From Hyphomonadaceae bacterium (GTDB lineage: Bacteria; Pseudomonadota; Alphaproteobacteria; Caulobacterales; Hyphomonadaceae), in contig CBDDIR010000002.1 of the NCBI GenBank assembly GCA_965229115.1, forward strand, positions 32,410 to 96,409: a stretch of 64,000 nt of DNA, written 5' to 3'. The notes beneath the pieces are model-generated. The model had not been told where the DNA came from, searched no databases, and was given only the letters and a program-made list of their open reading frames with translations. Made by a program: the position numbers and the translations under genes. Below, one piece after another: positions 17,489 through 28,038 of the stretch (the first letter of the stretch is position 1; the number at the start of each line of letters is the position of its first letter).

Positions 17489-19339
17489 CTATTCCGCCGC
17501 GACGCGATAGGCCTCCTGCGCCTCGTCAGGCTCGGCCGCTTCGGGAGCATCGTCGGAGGTCTCGGGCAGATCGGCTTCACCCTCAAACGGATCGAGAGCT
17601 TCACCTTCGTCGACAACGCTCCCACCAACCGGAGCGCCTTCGCCTTTATCTCCGTCCGTCTCCGTATCGAGGGCCGCCCCTTCAATGGTCCTGCCGTCGA
17701 GACCATCGTCTGCGGCATCAACCTGGGCTTCCTCGTCGTCGAGAGTTTCCACATGCTTGATCAGATCGGCGAGGTCGTTCGGATCGGGGGCGAAGAGCGC
17801 CGACGCATGGACGAAATGACCGTCCTTGAAGTGGTCGACCAGAGCCGCACGGGTTTCGCGCACCTTTGGACGCGGCAGGACATTGACCTCCTTCGCTGCC
17901 GCTTCGAGCGCCTGCCGCGACAGGCACAACAGGAAATCTTCCGAGCCCATGTTCGGCAGGTACCCGTCCGCGCCGATGGCATCACCGGCGATGCGGGACA
18001 CGACACCGCTGTTCGACATGCCGCGGCGGCAAGAAAGCACATCGATCAACATCGAGCGGGCGGCAACGCGCACCGTCTCCATGTCGAAGGCGAGCTTGCC
18101 GTCCTCAGAGAACAGACGCGCGGCATGGCGCTTGAACCGCTTCGGCCCAAACACGGTGTCGTTGGCGCCGGAGTCGACGCGGACGTTCTGGCCAGCAAGT
18201 GAGAGAACCAGCAACGCCATCAGCATGTCGTCCTCGATCGGCGCGCGGCCGAGCGCTTCATGCAGGGCGTCGGTGCGGAAATCGCCGATCATGTCATGGC
18301 CCTTCTGGGTGACGTCAGGGCGCGGCTTCGGCGTATCGATGATCCTGCCGTCATGGAGGACATCGCCCTGCCCGCCTGTCGCGGAGACGCCGCCTTTGCC
18401 TTTCGCTTTGCTGTCCTCCGGCATGCGGAAGGCAACCGACTGCACCTTGCCGTCGCGATCGAGATACATGGCCACATGGTCGGACTTCGACGGCTTGCCG
18501 TAGACGCGTTCCGCCTTCTTCGGCAGTTCCGGCTGACCCCAGCTGTTGACCTCGACGATCGCGCCCTTCTTCGGAAGGTTATTGATCATCCATTCCTGCT
18601 GGGCGCCGAGGAAGGCTTCGACATTGGTGGTATAGCGCGTGTCTTCGTCAGCCGGCGAAAACAGGTCCTCGACCCACTCGATGCCATACGCTGCGGCAAG
18701 ATCGTCACCGAAGCTCGCATCCTTCGCATACATCCGCGTCTTCGTGAGCGCCCGGGAGATGTTGTACCAGTCGGCCCGCTCGTTCTTCTTTGGCTTGTGC
18801 GCCTTCCACACCTCTTTCTGTTCGTCGAGAGAGGCCGCGGCGACAGTGCGGAGCTGCTGCTCGTTCGGCATGTCACCGAGCGCCATATGATCGAGCATGA
18901 CCGGCAGCACGTTGGCGAGCAGCCTGAGTTTCCTGATCTGGCGAACCGGCAGGGCGAGCGCAACGCCGATCCCTTCCTCCGTCCAGCCCAGCGCAACGAG
19001 CCGTTCTATGCCGCGCCACTGGTCCACCCCGTTGAGAGGTTCTCTCGCGATGTTCTCGACCATCGAGCGCATGGCGCCGTTGTCGTTGGCCGCCTCGCGG
19101 ACGATCACCTCGATTTCCTCGAGGCCGGCGGCGATCGCCTGTCGGACACGGCGATGGCCGGCCTGGATGATATAGCCGTTCCCGCCATCCGTCTGCGGCG
19201 ACACGATGGGCGGCTGGATGATGCCGACCGCCTTCACCGTCGCCAGAAGCAGTGCGTCGGCCTGCGGCGACGATTTGGAACGGCGCGCGTCGTCGGGATT
19301 GTCCTTCAGCGCGCGGGGATCGAGTTTGAGGATCTGCAT
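17489..19339 (-). CDS. ParB/Srx-like nuclease-domain protein (large, plasmid leading-region type)
   Basis: 616 aa. The N-terminal ParB box is IIQAGHRRVRQAIAAGLEEIEVIV. The protein has a long acidic C-terminal tail. Confidence 0.8.
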   Translation of the reverse strand: MQILKLDPRALKDNPDDARRSKSSPQADALLLATVKAVGIIQPPIVSPQTDGGNGYIIQAGHRRVRQAIAAGLEEIEVIVREAANDNGAMRSMVENIAREPLNGVDQWRGIERLVALGWTEEGIGVALALPVRQIRKLRLLANVLPVMLDHMALGDMPNEQQLRTVAAASLDEQKEVWKAHKPKKNERADWYNISRALTKTRMYAKDASFGDDLAAAYGIEWVEDLFSPADEDTRYTTNVEAFLGAQQEWMINNLPKKGAIVEVNSWGQPELPKKAERVYGKPSKSDHVAMYLDRDGKVQSVAFRMPEDSKAKGKGGVSATGGQGDVLHDGRIIDTPKPRPDVTQKGHDMIGDFRTDALHEALGRAPIEDDMLMALLVLSLAGQNVRVDSGANDTVFGPKRFKRHAARLFSEDGKLAFDMETVRVAARSMLIDVLSCRRGMSNSGVVSRIAGDAIGADGYLPNMGSEDFLLCLSRQALEAAAKEVNVLPRPKVRETRAALVDHFKDGHFVHASALFAPDPNDLADLIKHVETLDDEEAQVDAADDGLDGRTIEGAALDTETDGDKGEGAPVGGSVVDEGEALDPFEGEADLPETSDDAPEAAEPDEAQEAYRVAAE

Positions 19340-19736
19340 GGGATTTGCTCCTTCCGGGGTTTCGGAACCGGCACATCACCGGTTCTGGTCCGCCTTCAGT
19401 TCTTTCCGAAGACATCTCCCGGACCGCAGGGCGGGCAGGCCGGCGCAACTGCGCCCGAGCGGCCCTGCCGGTCAGGGCGAGCGGGGCGAAGCCTTGCGAG
19501 AACGACCGGCAGGGGTGCGGAGGGGGCGGTTGAGCGCCAGCGGCGACGGGTCGACCGGTCTGCGAAAGGGGTTTCGTCCTTTCTTTCCTCCTCTTACTTT
19601 TTCAGAGGGGTGAGGGAAACGCGAGGCAGCACGGACAATCGAAGGAGCCTGCAGGTTCTGCCTGGCTCATGGCGGAGGGATTTATTCCCTCTCGGATTCG
19701 TCGTTGATATCCGTCTCCATGCCGGGGCGGGGTGGC

Positions 19737-19894
19737 CGATAAAGCGCGGACATCCTTGGTTGTGACCGTGCCGCCCTTTGGCTCCACCACATACTGAAGG
19801 CGCAAAGTCGGGCTGAATTACCGGGCAAGCGGGATCGGCTATATTGCTCAGGTGCAGGAAGACGTCGGAACCACTTGACCTTGCCTGTCTGCAC
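19737..19894 (-). pseudogene. Cold-shock protein (CSD) gene remnant
   Basis: Three minus-strand frames give MQTGKVKWF / DVFLHLSNIA / LQYVVEPKGGTVTTKDVRAL. These are the start, middle and end of a Csp. The KGFGFI core is missing and the frames are broken. Confidence 0.3.
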
Positions 19895-19907
19895 ATCCGT
19901 ATCACTG

Positions 19908-20345
19908 CTAGTGGGGTTTTATCAGCGATTGTTTCGCAGCCCATGTTTCATATTCCCGGAGGAGGTCCTCGACTACCGACCATTGCGGATATTTGCTCCG
20001 CAAGAGTTCATCGTGCTGGTCCAAGCACGATGACTCTCGCATAGCACTTTGCCGGAATGGCTCGAGGGCGCTGTGACGCATCAGGGCCAGGCATTCAGGC
20101 GACGACAGATCGCGCGGCAGGTGTTCCAGCAAGCCGCTGACGATGATCACCCAATTGCTGACGACAAACGGACGACCAGCCTCTTCCACCTGGGCTGTGA
20201 TCTCGTCCAGCATCGACAGCAGCGCGACAAACCGCACGGGCCAGGTTTCGGCAAGGAATTGCGGCGCCATCATCTCGATCGTCCCGCGAATTTCCTCGGG
20301 CAGGGCGTCGCAGAAGCCGAGTTTCGAATATTCTATCCGTGCCAT
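19908..20345 (-). CDS. Hypothetical protein (145 aa)
   Basis: The ORF starts at MARIEYSKLGFCDALPEE (ATG 20343-20345), downstream of the methylase-helicase gene. No domain was recognised. Confidence 0.4.
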   Translation of the reverse strand: MARIEYSKLGFCDALPEEIRGTIEMMAPQFLAETWPVRFVALLSMLDEITAQVEEAGRPFVVSNWVIIVSGLLEHLPRDLSSPECLALMRHSALEPFRQSAMRESSCLDQHDELLRSKYPQWSVVEDLLREYETWAAKQSLIKPH

Positions 20346-20467
20346 TGACTGATCCTGGCATCCTTGACAGCAGATTTCCGCTCCCCGTTGAGGCGCTCCT
20401 GCGTTGCCCATCTTTATCCTTCGAGAGCGAGACAGGGGCAAGGCCAGAAGCCACGTCAGCAACAGGG

Positions 20468-23400
20468 CTAAGCAGCAATTTCCTCGGCCTCGGCATCACC
20501 GCGCGCAGACTTCGCCAGCGCCTCCTCGACCTCACGCAACTTCTGGCGCTTCTCAGCCAGTTCGTCGGCAAAGGCGAAGGTGCCCCCCTGCCGCGACTGG
20601 TAGGAGGAAAGCCGCCGCTGGTACTCCGCCAACCTCTGGCGATAACGTTCCCGCTCCTCTTCGAACCCGTCAAGCGCGTGCTCGAGGCGGGAGATCGCAC
20701 CGAGCGGCGTGACAGTGACGGCGAGATCGATCTCGTAATCCGCGCCAGTGCGCTGAAGCAGGGTCTGGTAGTGGTAATTGTCACCACGGCCAAAACGTTC
20801 GCCCTCATAGATGAGATCGAAGCCGCCGATCGATGCGATGTGGACTTCACCTTGGCTCTGGAGCTGGACGAGGGTGAGGATTTCCTTCATCAACGCCCGG
20901 CCGGCATCCTTGCGCTCCGTGTACAGCTTGCCCATCACGGTGATTGCGAAGGCATCGCCTGATGTCGGAACCAGGCGTTCGATGTCCTGTCCGATCTCGC
21001 CGATCCGGCGGTTCGCCGTCTCGATCTCGCGCTCGGCATCGCGAAGCTGCCGGCGGACTGCAAAGAGATCGTCGTCATGGGCGGCGCGCAGACGCTCCAG
21101 GCGAGCAATGTCGGCCTCCAGCCCGGCCTTCTGCATCAGCCTCTCGTCGCCGGACGCAATGGCCTTGGCCATGGCGAACTGATTGGCCTGACCTTCGTTC
21201 AGATCTTCCAGCCGGCGGATCGAAGTGTCCCCCGACAGTGCGGCGGCAATAAACCTCGCCTTTCGTTCGTTGTTCTGCCACATCGTGGCATCAAGGCTGC
21301 CTTGCGTGGCGTAGGCGAAGATGTCGACCTCATCGTGCTGGTTGCCCTGGCGGACGATGCGGCCCTCCCGCTGCTCGATCTGCGAGGGAAGCCACGGCAC
21401 GTCGAGATGGTGCAGTGCCTTCAGCCTGAGCTGAGCGTTGACGCCTGTGCCCATGGTTTCCGATGAGCCGATCAGGAAGCGGACCCTGCCGGCGCGCACG
21501 TCGCCGAACAGGCGCTGCTTTGCCTCGGTCTTCTTGTAGTCCTGCATGAAGGCGATTTCCGACGGCGGCACGCTCATGCGGACCAGTTCGTCGCGGATCC
21601 AGCGATAAGCAGAGAAGCCCCTTGTCTTCTCGACATTGATCGTGCCGAGATCGGAGAAGATCATCTGCGCCGCGCCCGAAAGTTCGTAGGCCTTGCCGTC
21701 CGGGCGGAGATAGCTGTTCTCCGCGGTCTGCTTCCAGATGCGGTGGGCATTGCGAACGAGCAGATTGAGCTTATTCTCCGGCTCGTTGTCCATTTCCGGC
21801 ATGACCAGGCGGAGATCGATCGCCGCATGGCGGCCGTCGGTAATGACGGAGAGCAGAATGTCGTCACCAGGCTGCGCCGGCCCCTCGCGCTCCTCGATCG
21901 CCTTGATGCGGGTTTCGAGGATTTGCTGGTAGGCCTTGAAGGCGGGCGTTGGTGCCGCGGTCAGAATCTGCCGCTTGCCGGTGGCGATCTCCGGCACCTT
22001 GACATGCGCTTTAAGATCCTCCGGCATCACCACATCGGCGAAGGCCCGGAACATGGCGATCAGCTCCGGCACATTGACGAACGAGGCAAAGCGCGACACA
22101 GGCTTGTATTTGCCGGAGGGCTGAAGTTCGAGCTCGGTCTTCTCGTCACCGAAGTTCGAGGCCCAGGCGTCGAACTCATGCAATCCGCGCTCGCGCAACG
22201 CTTCGTAGCCAAGCAGCCGCTGGATCGAGAACATTTCTCCGAGCGTGTTGGTGATCGGGGTGCCGGAGGCAAGCACGAGCGCCCGGCCCGGATTCTTCGT
22301 CTCGATGTAACGGGATTTCACATAGAGGTCCCAGGCCTTCTGCGAACCGTTTGGATCGATGCCCTTCAGCGTCGACATGTTGGTGGCAAAGGACAGCTTG
22401 CGGAACTCCTGCGCCTCGTCGACGACGATCTGGTCGACGCCGATTTCGGAGATGGTCAGAAGATCGTCCTTGCGGGTGGAGAGAGATTCCAGCCGCTCCT
22501 GCAAGCCCTCCTTCAGCCGCTCGAGCCGCTTGCGGGAGACCCGGTCCTCGTCATCAACTTTGGTCAGCAGGTCCTCGTAGAGCTGCAGCTCGTCGTGGAT
22601 CATCTGTTGTTCGAAGGCGGATGGCACGCCGATGAACCTGAACGCGGAGTGCGTGATGATGATCGCATCCCAGACAGCCGTCGCAGCCCGCGACAGGAAA
22701 CGCTGACGCTTGTCTTTGGTGAAGTTGGTCTCATCGGCGACGAGAATGTTGGCTGAGGGATAGAGCGCCAGAAACTCGCGCGCCGCCTGTGCGAGGCAGT
22801 GGCCGGGAACGACCAGCATCGCCTTGGCGATCAGGCCCAACCTCCGCTGCTCCATGATGGCGGCTGCCATCGTCATCGTCTTGCCGGCGCCAACAGCATG
22901 GGCAAGATAGGTGGAGCCGGAGGAGATGATCCTCCATATGCCGCGTTTCTGGTGCCCATAAAGAACGAAGGCGCCAGAGGCGCCGGGTAAATTCAGATGG
23001 GAGCCGTCGAATTTGCGCGGCGCGATGTTGTTGAAGCGGTCATTATAGACCCGCGCCAACCGGTCGGTGCGATCCGGGTCTGACCAGACCCAATTCTGGA
23101 ACGCCTCCTTCATCCGCTGAAGTTTGTCACGGGCGGCTTCCGTGTCGACGACATTCAGCACCCGCCGCTCACCATCGGCGTCCTTCAAGGTGTCGAATAT
23201 CTGCGGCACGCGGCTGTTCAGCGCGTCGGCCAGCAATTCCCCGGCATGGCGGCGGCTGGTGCCCCATTCCGATGTGCCGGCGGCGCTGTAGCCGAGTTGG
23301 CGAGCCTCGACCGTCCAGCTCCCGAGCTCCGGCATATGGTGGATGCGGATTTCGGCGCCCATGGTTTCCTTGACGAAGGTCACAACGTCGGAGGCCTGAA

Positions 23401-25597
23401 TCCACGGAGCGCCCAGACGAGCGGTAATATCGGACGGACGCAGATCGGCGGGCTGAACCTCCTGAAGTGCCGCGACATTGCGCTGGAAGGTAGGGTCGAG
23501 CTCGGCTGCAGCTTCCGCGGCCGCAAGCTTGGTGCGAACCGGACCGGAGAGATAGGCGTCGGAGGTCTGCCACGAACCGTCGGTCGGATCGCGGAAGATG
23601 GCATCACCGAGTTCGGCAATCACCGCCTCGGAGTCGCGGTGCAGGAGTTCGGCGATATGGTCGATATCGACGCGGCCGCACTCGTTGAGCACCACGGCGA
23701 GCGCATCCGCCGCGGACGTGATCACCGGGGCCGCGGGAGGTGAGATCACCCTTTCGGAGAAGATCGGACCGGGACGGGCGGTATCGGTTTCGAGATCATA
23801 ATCCTCGATGGAGGCGACCAACCAGCAATCGGGATCGTCACGGAAGGGCTGAAGGTTCGGCTGCCGATGGGTCTCCCGCACCTCACCGGTCTCGGCGTCC
23901 TCCGAGATCGAAACCGTCGTGTGGTTGATCGGGCCGAAGTCGCGAACGAATGATGACCAGGCAATGCGGAGCCGTACCTGCAGATCCTTCCACGGGCGAT
24001 CCTGCTCCTGAGCCTTCAGCACCTCGCGCACCGCATCCCGGACCGGGATCAGCTTGCCGATGATGTGGACATACTTCTCTGGAATGCCATCGGCGGAACG
24101 GCCCTTGCGCACCTTGATCTGGAACGGGGAGCCGTCAACCATCTGCATGAGACCATGCCTAGTGTCGATGAAAAAGCTGCCTTCGCGGATCTTCCCGTTT
24201 GCGGGCCGAAGATCGACAATCTCCCCGAGTTCGTCCTCCAGGTCGATGTCGATCTCTGTCGGCTCGCCGTCGTAGCGATCTTCCGGGAGGAGAGAAATGG
24301 CGGCATTCAGCGCCGCTTCGAGATCGACGCCGGCGCGACCACGGCACGTATAGGTCTCGCCGAAGGGGCCTGAAGTCAGCGCGTGGATACCCAGCACGAA
24401 ATCCGGGTGCTTCGCAAACCAGCGGTTCACGCGGATCGCGCCCTCGTCTTGCGTTGCGGCACTCACCTCTTCCAGGTCAAGCCACGATAAGTCACCTTCC
24501 GGTTCGGCGACCTTGCGCTTGCGGAAGAACAGGATGTCGACCACGACGTCCGTGCCGGCATCACGGCGGAAGCTGCCTTCGGGCAGACGGATGGCCGCGA
24601 CCAGATCGGCCGATCTGGCGACATGCTCGCGGGCCGTTGCGTCGGCCTTGTCCATCGTGCCGGAACTGGTCACAAATGCCGCAAAGGCGCCAGGCTTCAA
24701 GAGATCGATGGATCGAGCGATGAAATAATCATGCAGACGCAGGCCGAGCGAGCGGTATTGCCGGTCCGAACGCACCGTGCGATCGGAGAAGGGTGGATTG
24801 CCGATGGCGAGATCGTAGATCGGCGAGAGATCGGTGCGCGCGAAATCCCCTTCGATAATCCGGGCTTTCGGCTGCAGGAGCTTCACAATCCGCGCTGTCA
24901 CCGGATCGAGCTCAACGCCGGTCACATAGCTCTTGTCGCGATACGCCCTCGGCATCAGCGCCGGAAACAGGCCCGTGCCGATGCCCGGCTCCAGTACGCG
25001 GCCGCCGCGCCAGCCCATGCGCTGCAAACCCGCCCAGATCGCCCGGATGATGAACTCCGGCGTGAAATGCGCATACTGCGTGCAACGGGACAGGCTGGAA
25101 TAGTCGCTCTCCGAGACGGCACTTTCGAGCGACGAGCCGAGTTCATCCCAGCCATCCCGGAAACTCACTGCGCCCGGGCGGCGAAACATGCCGTTCGCCA
25201 GCTCGGAGGCGCCGAAGCCGGTGAAACGGATCAGCCGCTGCTGATGCTCGCGCGTGACGGGGACATTGTTCCGCTCGATCTCGTTGGCGATCAGGATAGC
25301 CGCCACGCTCAATCTCGCGCGCTCTTTCCACGACGCAGCAAGGCCGCGATCCTCGCCATCATCGAGGTAGAAGTTCGCACGATCGCCCTGCCGGCGTGGT
25401 GCTGACTGCCGGGACGCCGCGATCGGTATTGCCGGTGCGGGAGCCGGCGGCGTCGGATCGGGATCGTCGTCGTTGGCGGCCCCGGACGCGAAACCACCGA
25501 AGGCCGTCACGCCAAGGCCGAGCCCTGACGACAGGGCTGTATTCCCGAACATGTCGAGGGTGCCAGACGGATCAAGCGAAAAGGGATCATTGGACAT
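20468..25597 (-). CDS. N6-adenine DNA methyltransferase fused to SNF2/DEAD-type helicase (1709 aa)
   Basis: MTase motifs are VLEPGIGTGLF (SAM) and AIGNPPFSD (NPPF). Helicase motifs are AHAVGAGKTMT (Walker A), VVDEAQEFRK (DEAQ), ASGTPITN and REGRIVRQGN. There is a C-terminal coiled coil. Confidence 0.85.
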   Translation of the reverse strand: MSNDPFSLDPSGTLDMFGNTALSSGLGLGVTAFGGFASGAANDDDPDPTPPAPAPAIPIAASRQSAPRRQGDRANFYLDDGEDRGLAASWKERARLSVAAILIANEIERNNVPVTREHQQRLIRFTGFGASELANGMFRRPGAVSFRDGWDELGSSLESAVSESDYSSLSRCTQYAHFTPEFIIRAIWAGLQRMGWRGGRVLEPGIGTGLFPALMPRAYRDKSYVTGVELDPVTARIVKLLQPKARIIEGDFARTDLSPIYDLAIGNPPFSDRTVRSDRQYRSLGLRLHDYFIARSIDLLKPGAFAAFVTSSGTMDKADATAREHVARSADLVAAIRLPEGSFRRDAGTDVVVDILFFRKRKVAEPEGDLSWLDLEEVSAATQDEGAIRVNRWFAKHPDFVLGIHALTSGPFGETYTCRGRAGVDLEAALNAAISLLPEDRYDGEPTEIDIDLEDELGEIVDLRPANGKIREGSFFIDTRHGLMQMVDGSPFQIKVRKGRSADGIPEKYVHIIGKLIPVRDAVREVLKAQEQDRPWKDLQVRLRIAWSSFVRDFGPINHTTVSISEDAETGEVRETHRQPNLQPFRDDPDCWLVASIEDYDLETDTARPGPIFSERVISPPAAPVITSAADALAVVLNECGRVDIDHIAELLHRDSEAVIAELGDAIFRDPTDGSWQTSDAYLSGPVRTKLAAAEAAAELDPTFQRNVAALQEVQPADLRPSDITARLGAPWIQASDVVTFVKETMGAEIRIHHMPELGSWTVEARQLGYSAAGTSEWGTSRRHAGELLADALNSRVPQIFDTLKDADGERRVLNVVDTEAARDKLQRMKEAFQNWVWSDPDRTDRLARVYNDRFNNIAPRKFDGSHLNLPGASGAFVLYGHQKRGIWRIISSGSTYLAHAVGAGKTMTMAAAIMEQRRLGLIAKAMLVVPGHCLAQAAREFLALYPSANILVADETNFTKDKRQRFLSRAATAVWDAIIITHSAFRFIGVPSAFEQQMIHDELQLYEDLLTKVDDEDRVSRKRLERLKEGLQERLESLSTRKDDLLTISEIGVDQIVVDEAQEFRKLSFATNMSTLKGIDPNGSQKAWDLYVKSRYIETKNPGRALVLASGTPITNTLGEMFSIQRLLGYEALRERGLHEFDAWASNFGDEKTELELQPSGKYKPVSRFASFVNVPELIAMFRAFADVVMPEDLKAHVKVPEIATGKRQILTAAPTPAFKAYQQILETRIKAIEEREGPAQPGDDILLSVITDGRHAAIDLRLVMPEMDNEPENKLNLLVRNAHRIWKQTAENSYLRPDGKAYELSGAAQMIFSDLGTINVEKTRGFSAYRWIRDELVRMSVPPSEIAFMQDYKKTEAKQRLFGDVRAGRVRFLIGSSETMGTGVNAQLRLKALHHLDVPWLPSQIEQREGRIVRQGNQHDEVDIFAYATQGSLDATMWQNNERKARFIAAALSGDTSIRRLEDLNEGQANQFAMAKAIASGDERLMQKAGLEADIARLERLRAAHDDDLFAVRRQLRDAEREIETANRRIGEIGQDIERLVPTSGDAFAITVMGKLYTERKDAGRALMKEILTLVQLQSQGEVHIASIGGFDLIYEGERFGRGDNYHYQTLLQRTGADYEIDLAVTVTPLGAISRLEHALDGFEEERERYRQRLAEYQRRLSSYQSRQGGTFAFADELAEKRQKLREVEEALAKSARGDAEAEEIAA

Positions 25598-25704
25598 GAA
25601 AATGCTCTCCTTGGAAGAGGAGCGAGCGCCATCGTTCCGCTGGAGGTGAGCCTCAGGGCGTGGCGGTCGCGGAGATGTTGGAAGGGTGGTTGCAATCGCC
25701 GCTG

Positions 25705-26103
25705 TCAGCGGCGGATCACGCTGATGGATATGGACGTGTCGTCCATCACGATCTGAAGGTGCGTCGCGTCTTGCTGAGCCGCGATGAGCTGTTCGAGTTC
25801 TACGGCGTCGATGAATTCGACCCCGTCATCGCCCCCGAAATACCGCCGTTTGTAATGCCAGTAATCCGGATTGGTCTTCGGATCGCACTCCTCGGCATAG
25901 ATGACGAGCGGACGCTGTCCCTCGGCGAGTTGTCCGTTCGAGAGAACGTATACGCCCTCGTCACCGACCAGCCACAGGCCGGCTCTGGCCTCGGCTTCAG
26001 GGAATATTCCCTGATACGGAAGGCGAAATCCGCCGTTTGCGGCCGCGTTGGCCCGACCGCGGGCGAGCACAGCGCCGATGTCGGTGAGGGAGAAGGTGAA
26101 CAT
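25705..26103 (-). CDS. Conserved plasmid protein (DUF3085-like)
   Basis: Start MFTFSLTDIG (ATG 26101-26103, GGGAGAG RBS). The family name is from memory only. Confidence 0.5.
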   Translation of the reverse strand: MFTFSLTDIGAVLARGRANAAANGGFRLPYQGIFPEAEARAGLWLVGDEGVYVLSNGQLAEGQRPLVIYAEECDPKTNPDYWHYKRRYFGGDDGVEFIDAVELEQLIAAQQDATHLQIVMDDTSISISVIRR

Positions 26104-26114
26104 GCCGCTCTCCC

Positions 26115-26717
26115 TCACGCCGCGATCGCGTCGGGCAGGTAACGCAGATGGACCGGCAGCTTCGCTGCGACCTCCGCGTCGGTCAGATCTTCCAGCAGCT
26201 TGAGCGTGGTGCCGCCTGGTCTGGCGAAGAACATCACCGTGCGCTTGCCACGATCATCCTCTGGCCAACGCTCGCCGGCATAGCCGCGATAGTCGTCAGC
26301 CGTGCTGCTCCAGATGTGCTCCAGACGCTCCTCGCGCGTCATCGCCCGGACAGGACGGGATTCACGCTCGATGATCGCCGTGCGCATGCGCTGGGGCGAG
26401 CCCTTGTCGGCGAGGTCGCAATAACCGTGGAAGTGCCGGATTCGCCCGTCGATCGACAGCGTGAAAAAGATGCTGGTGATCGAACCGGTCAGGAATTCGC
26501 GCATGGCGAACATCTCAGCCTTCATCCAGAGCGGCGGCAGGATCTCGAACATGTAATCGTGGGATGCCTCACCAATCTCGAACCATTCGCCTTGATAGAG
26601 CGCGCTGTCGTCGCCCTCCCACCGGTTCGGGCGCTGCGCATGACGGTCGAACATGCGGAACATCTGGTGCCGGTCTGCGACACCCTGGAATACCTTGCGG
26701 ATAGGAGAGAGGTTCAT
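26115..26717 (-). CDS. Conserved plasmid protein (DUF1419-like)
   Basis: 200-aa ORF MNLSPIRKVFQGVADRHQMFRMFDRHAQRPNRWEGDD... The family name is from memory only. Confidence 0.5.
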   Translation of the reverse strand: MNLSPIRKVFQGVADRHQMFRMFDRHAQRPNRWEGDDSALYQGEWFEIGEASHDYMFEILPPLWMKAEMFAMREFLTGSITSIFFTLSIDGRIRHFHGYCDLADKGSPQRMRTAIIERESRPVRAMTREERLEHIWSSTADDYRGYAGERWPEDDRGKRTVMFFARPGGTTLKLLEDLTDAEVAAKLPVHLRYLPDAIAA

Positions 26718-26860
26718 GATGGGCTCCTTCTGGCCTTCGTCGGGCCGGAGCGCGGCTCATCTTTGCGATGGCGCCATCTTCTCTTCAGCCCTTCCTGACC
26801 CCTCCCCGTGGCCGCCTCTCCGACGGCCCGAGTCAAGGGCCGGCAAAGCCGGGCGAAGCT

Positions 26861-27823
26861 TCACCCTTGACGCGGACGGCGGGCATGCGGCAGGCCTCTT
26901 CTCCCCTCCTTCTCCCGTTCCTTCTTTTCTTTTTCTCGCGCGCGTAGCGCGTCATTCCAGTCCTCGGCCGGCGGCGTCAGGCGAAACCAGTTGCAGCCGG
27001 CATCTTCGGCGATGTCGCGGAGGCGGCCGGCAAAGGCTTCGCCCTGACTGTTGGCATCCGTGGCAGCGACCAGCTGCGTGCCGGGGCGTGCGGCGAGCAG
27101 GCGAACCGCAGCTTCTGTCGTCGGCGACCATCCCCCGCCTGTGCTGAGATAGAGGCTTCCCTCTCGCATTCCTTCGAATGCGGCCAGGCTCATGGCGTCG
27201 ATCGCCGCCTCGGTAACGCACAGACGCGGAGCATCGAGGGAGCCGAGCCGGAACAACACCTTCGCCCCTCCGGTCGAGAAGCCACGCCAGTCGGGGCCGC
27301 GCTCTTCCCAGCCGGTGACGCCGCCATCGGCATCGACATGGGCCGCCCACATGCTGCCGTAGGGACCTTCCCGCAGCACATCGCTCCGGAGGGCGGCACG
27401 GATGATGGTCTCCGGCAGGCAGCGTTCAGCACGCAGATAGCGCCACGTCATCGACCCTCGCCAAGGCTTGCGGCGTTTTGCCCACCGCTCGGGGATGGCC
27501 TCGGCCGGAACGGGATCTCGAGCGTTTTGGGTCCACACCGGCTCTTTCGCAACAAAACCGACCAATGCGGCGACCTGGTCGAGCGCTTCGACGAAGGACA
27601 CCCCTTCGAGATGCGTGGCGAGACTGAAGACGTCGCCCTTTGCGTCAGACAGAGGATCGAACCATCCCCTACCCTCATGGATGACGATGATGATTTCCGC
27701 ACCGCGTCGATATTTGACCGCCTTGCGGGTGCTCTCCTTCACGTCGACCGCAAAGCCGGACTGCTCCAACACGACGCCGCAGAGAACACGATCCCGCAAT
27801 TCCTCCAGTTCATTCTTCTTCAT
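26861..27823 (-). CDS. Toprim-domain protein (DUF3991/primase-like)
   Basis: 320 aa. The Toprim signature is CVTEAAIDAMSLAA (Glu) and LVAATDANSQGEAF (DxD). It has a basic, Lys/Glu-rich C-terminus. Confidence 0.7.
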   Translation of the reverse strand: MKKNELEELRDRVLCGVVLEQSGFAVDVKESTRKAVKYRRGAEIIIVIHEGRGWFDPLSDAKGDVFSLATHLEGVSFVEALDQVAALVGFVAKEPVWTQNARDPVPAEAIPERWAKRRKPWRGSMTWRYLRAERCLPETIIRAALRSDVLREGPYGSMWAAHVDADGGVTGWEERGPDWRGFSTGGAKVLFRLGSLDAPRLCVTEAAIDAMSLAAFEGMREGSLYLSTGGGWSPTTEAAVRLLAARPGTQLVAATDANSQGEAFAGRLRDIAEDAGCNWFRLTPPAEDWNDALRAREKEKKEREKEGRRGLPHARRPRQG

Positions 27824-28038
27824 TTTTTGCCGGCGCTCTCGCGTCCGCCTTTCCTTCCGAATTCAGTTGTCCGCAATTTGCGGGGCCGTTTCCGGATGCC
27901 GCGAAGAGCAAAGGAGGCAAGGGCGCGGCTGGCAACCTGCAGATCTGCACCTCGGCACCTGCGGCCGTGCCAGACGCGGCGAAGCTTCCCTTGCCGCCTA
28001 CCGCTCGCAAGCGGCACCTGGAAATGAGGAAAGCCGGC

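Noticed and set aside
17219-19765. 327-aa and 501-aa plus-strand ORFs antisense to the ParB-like gene
   Set aside because: They are antisense shadow ORFs of a GC-rich gene, with no motifs and low-complexity composition.
21743-22756. 337-aa plus-strand ORF (plus 20339-20962, 23246-23743, 24199-24723 and 24623-25405) inside the methylase-helicase gene
   Set aside because: All are antisense to a 1709-aa ORF that carries clear catalytic motifs. These are typical GC-rich artefacts.
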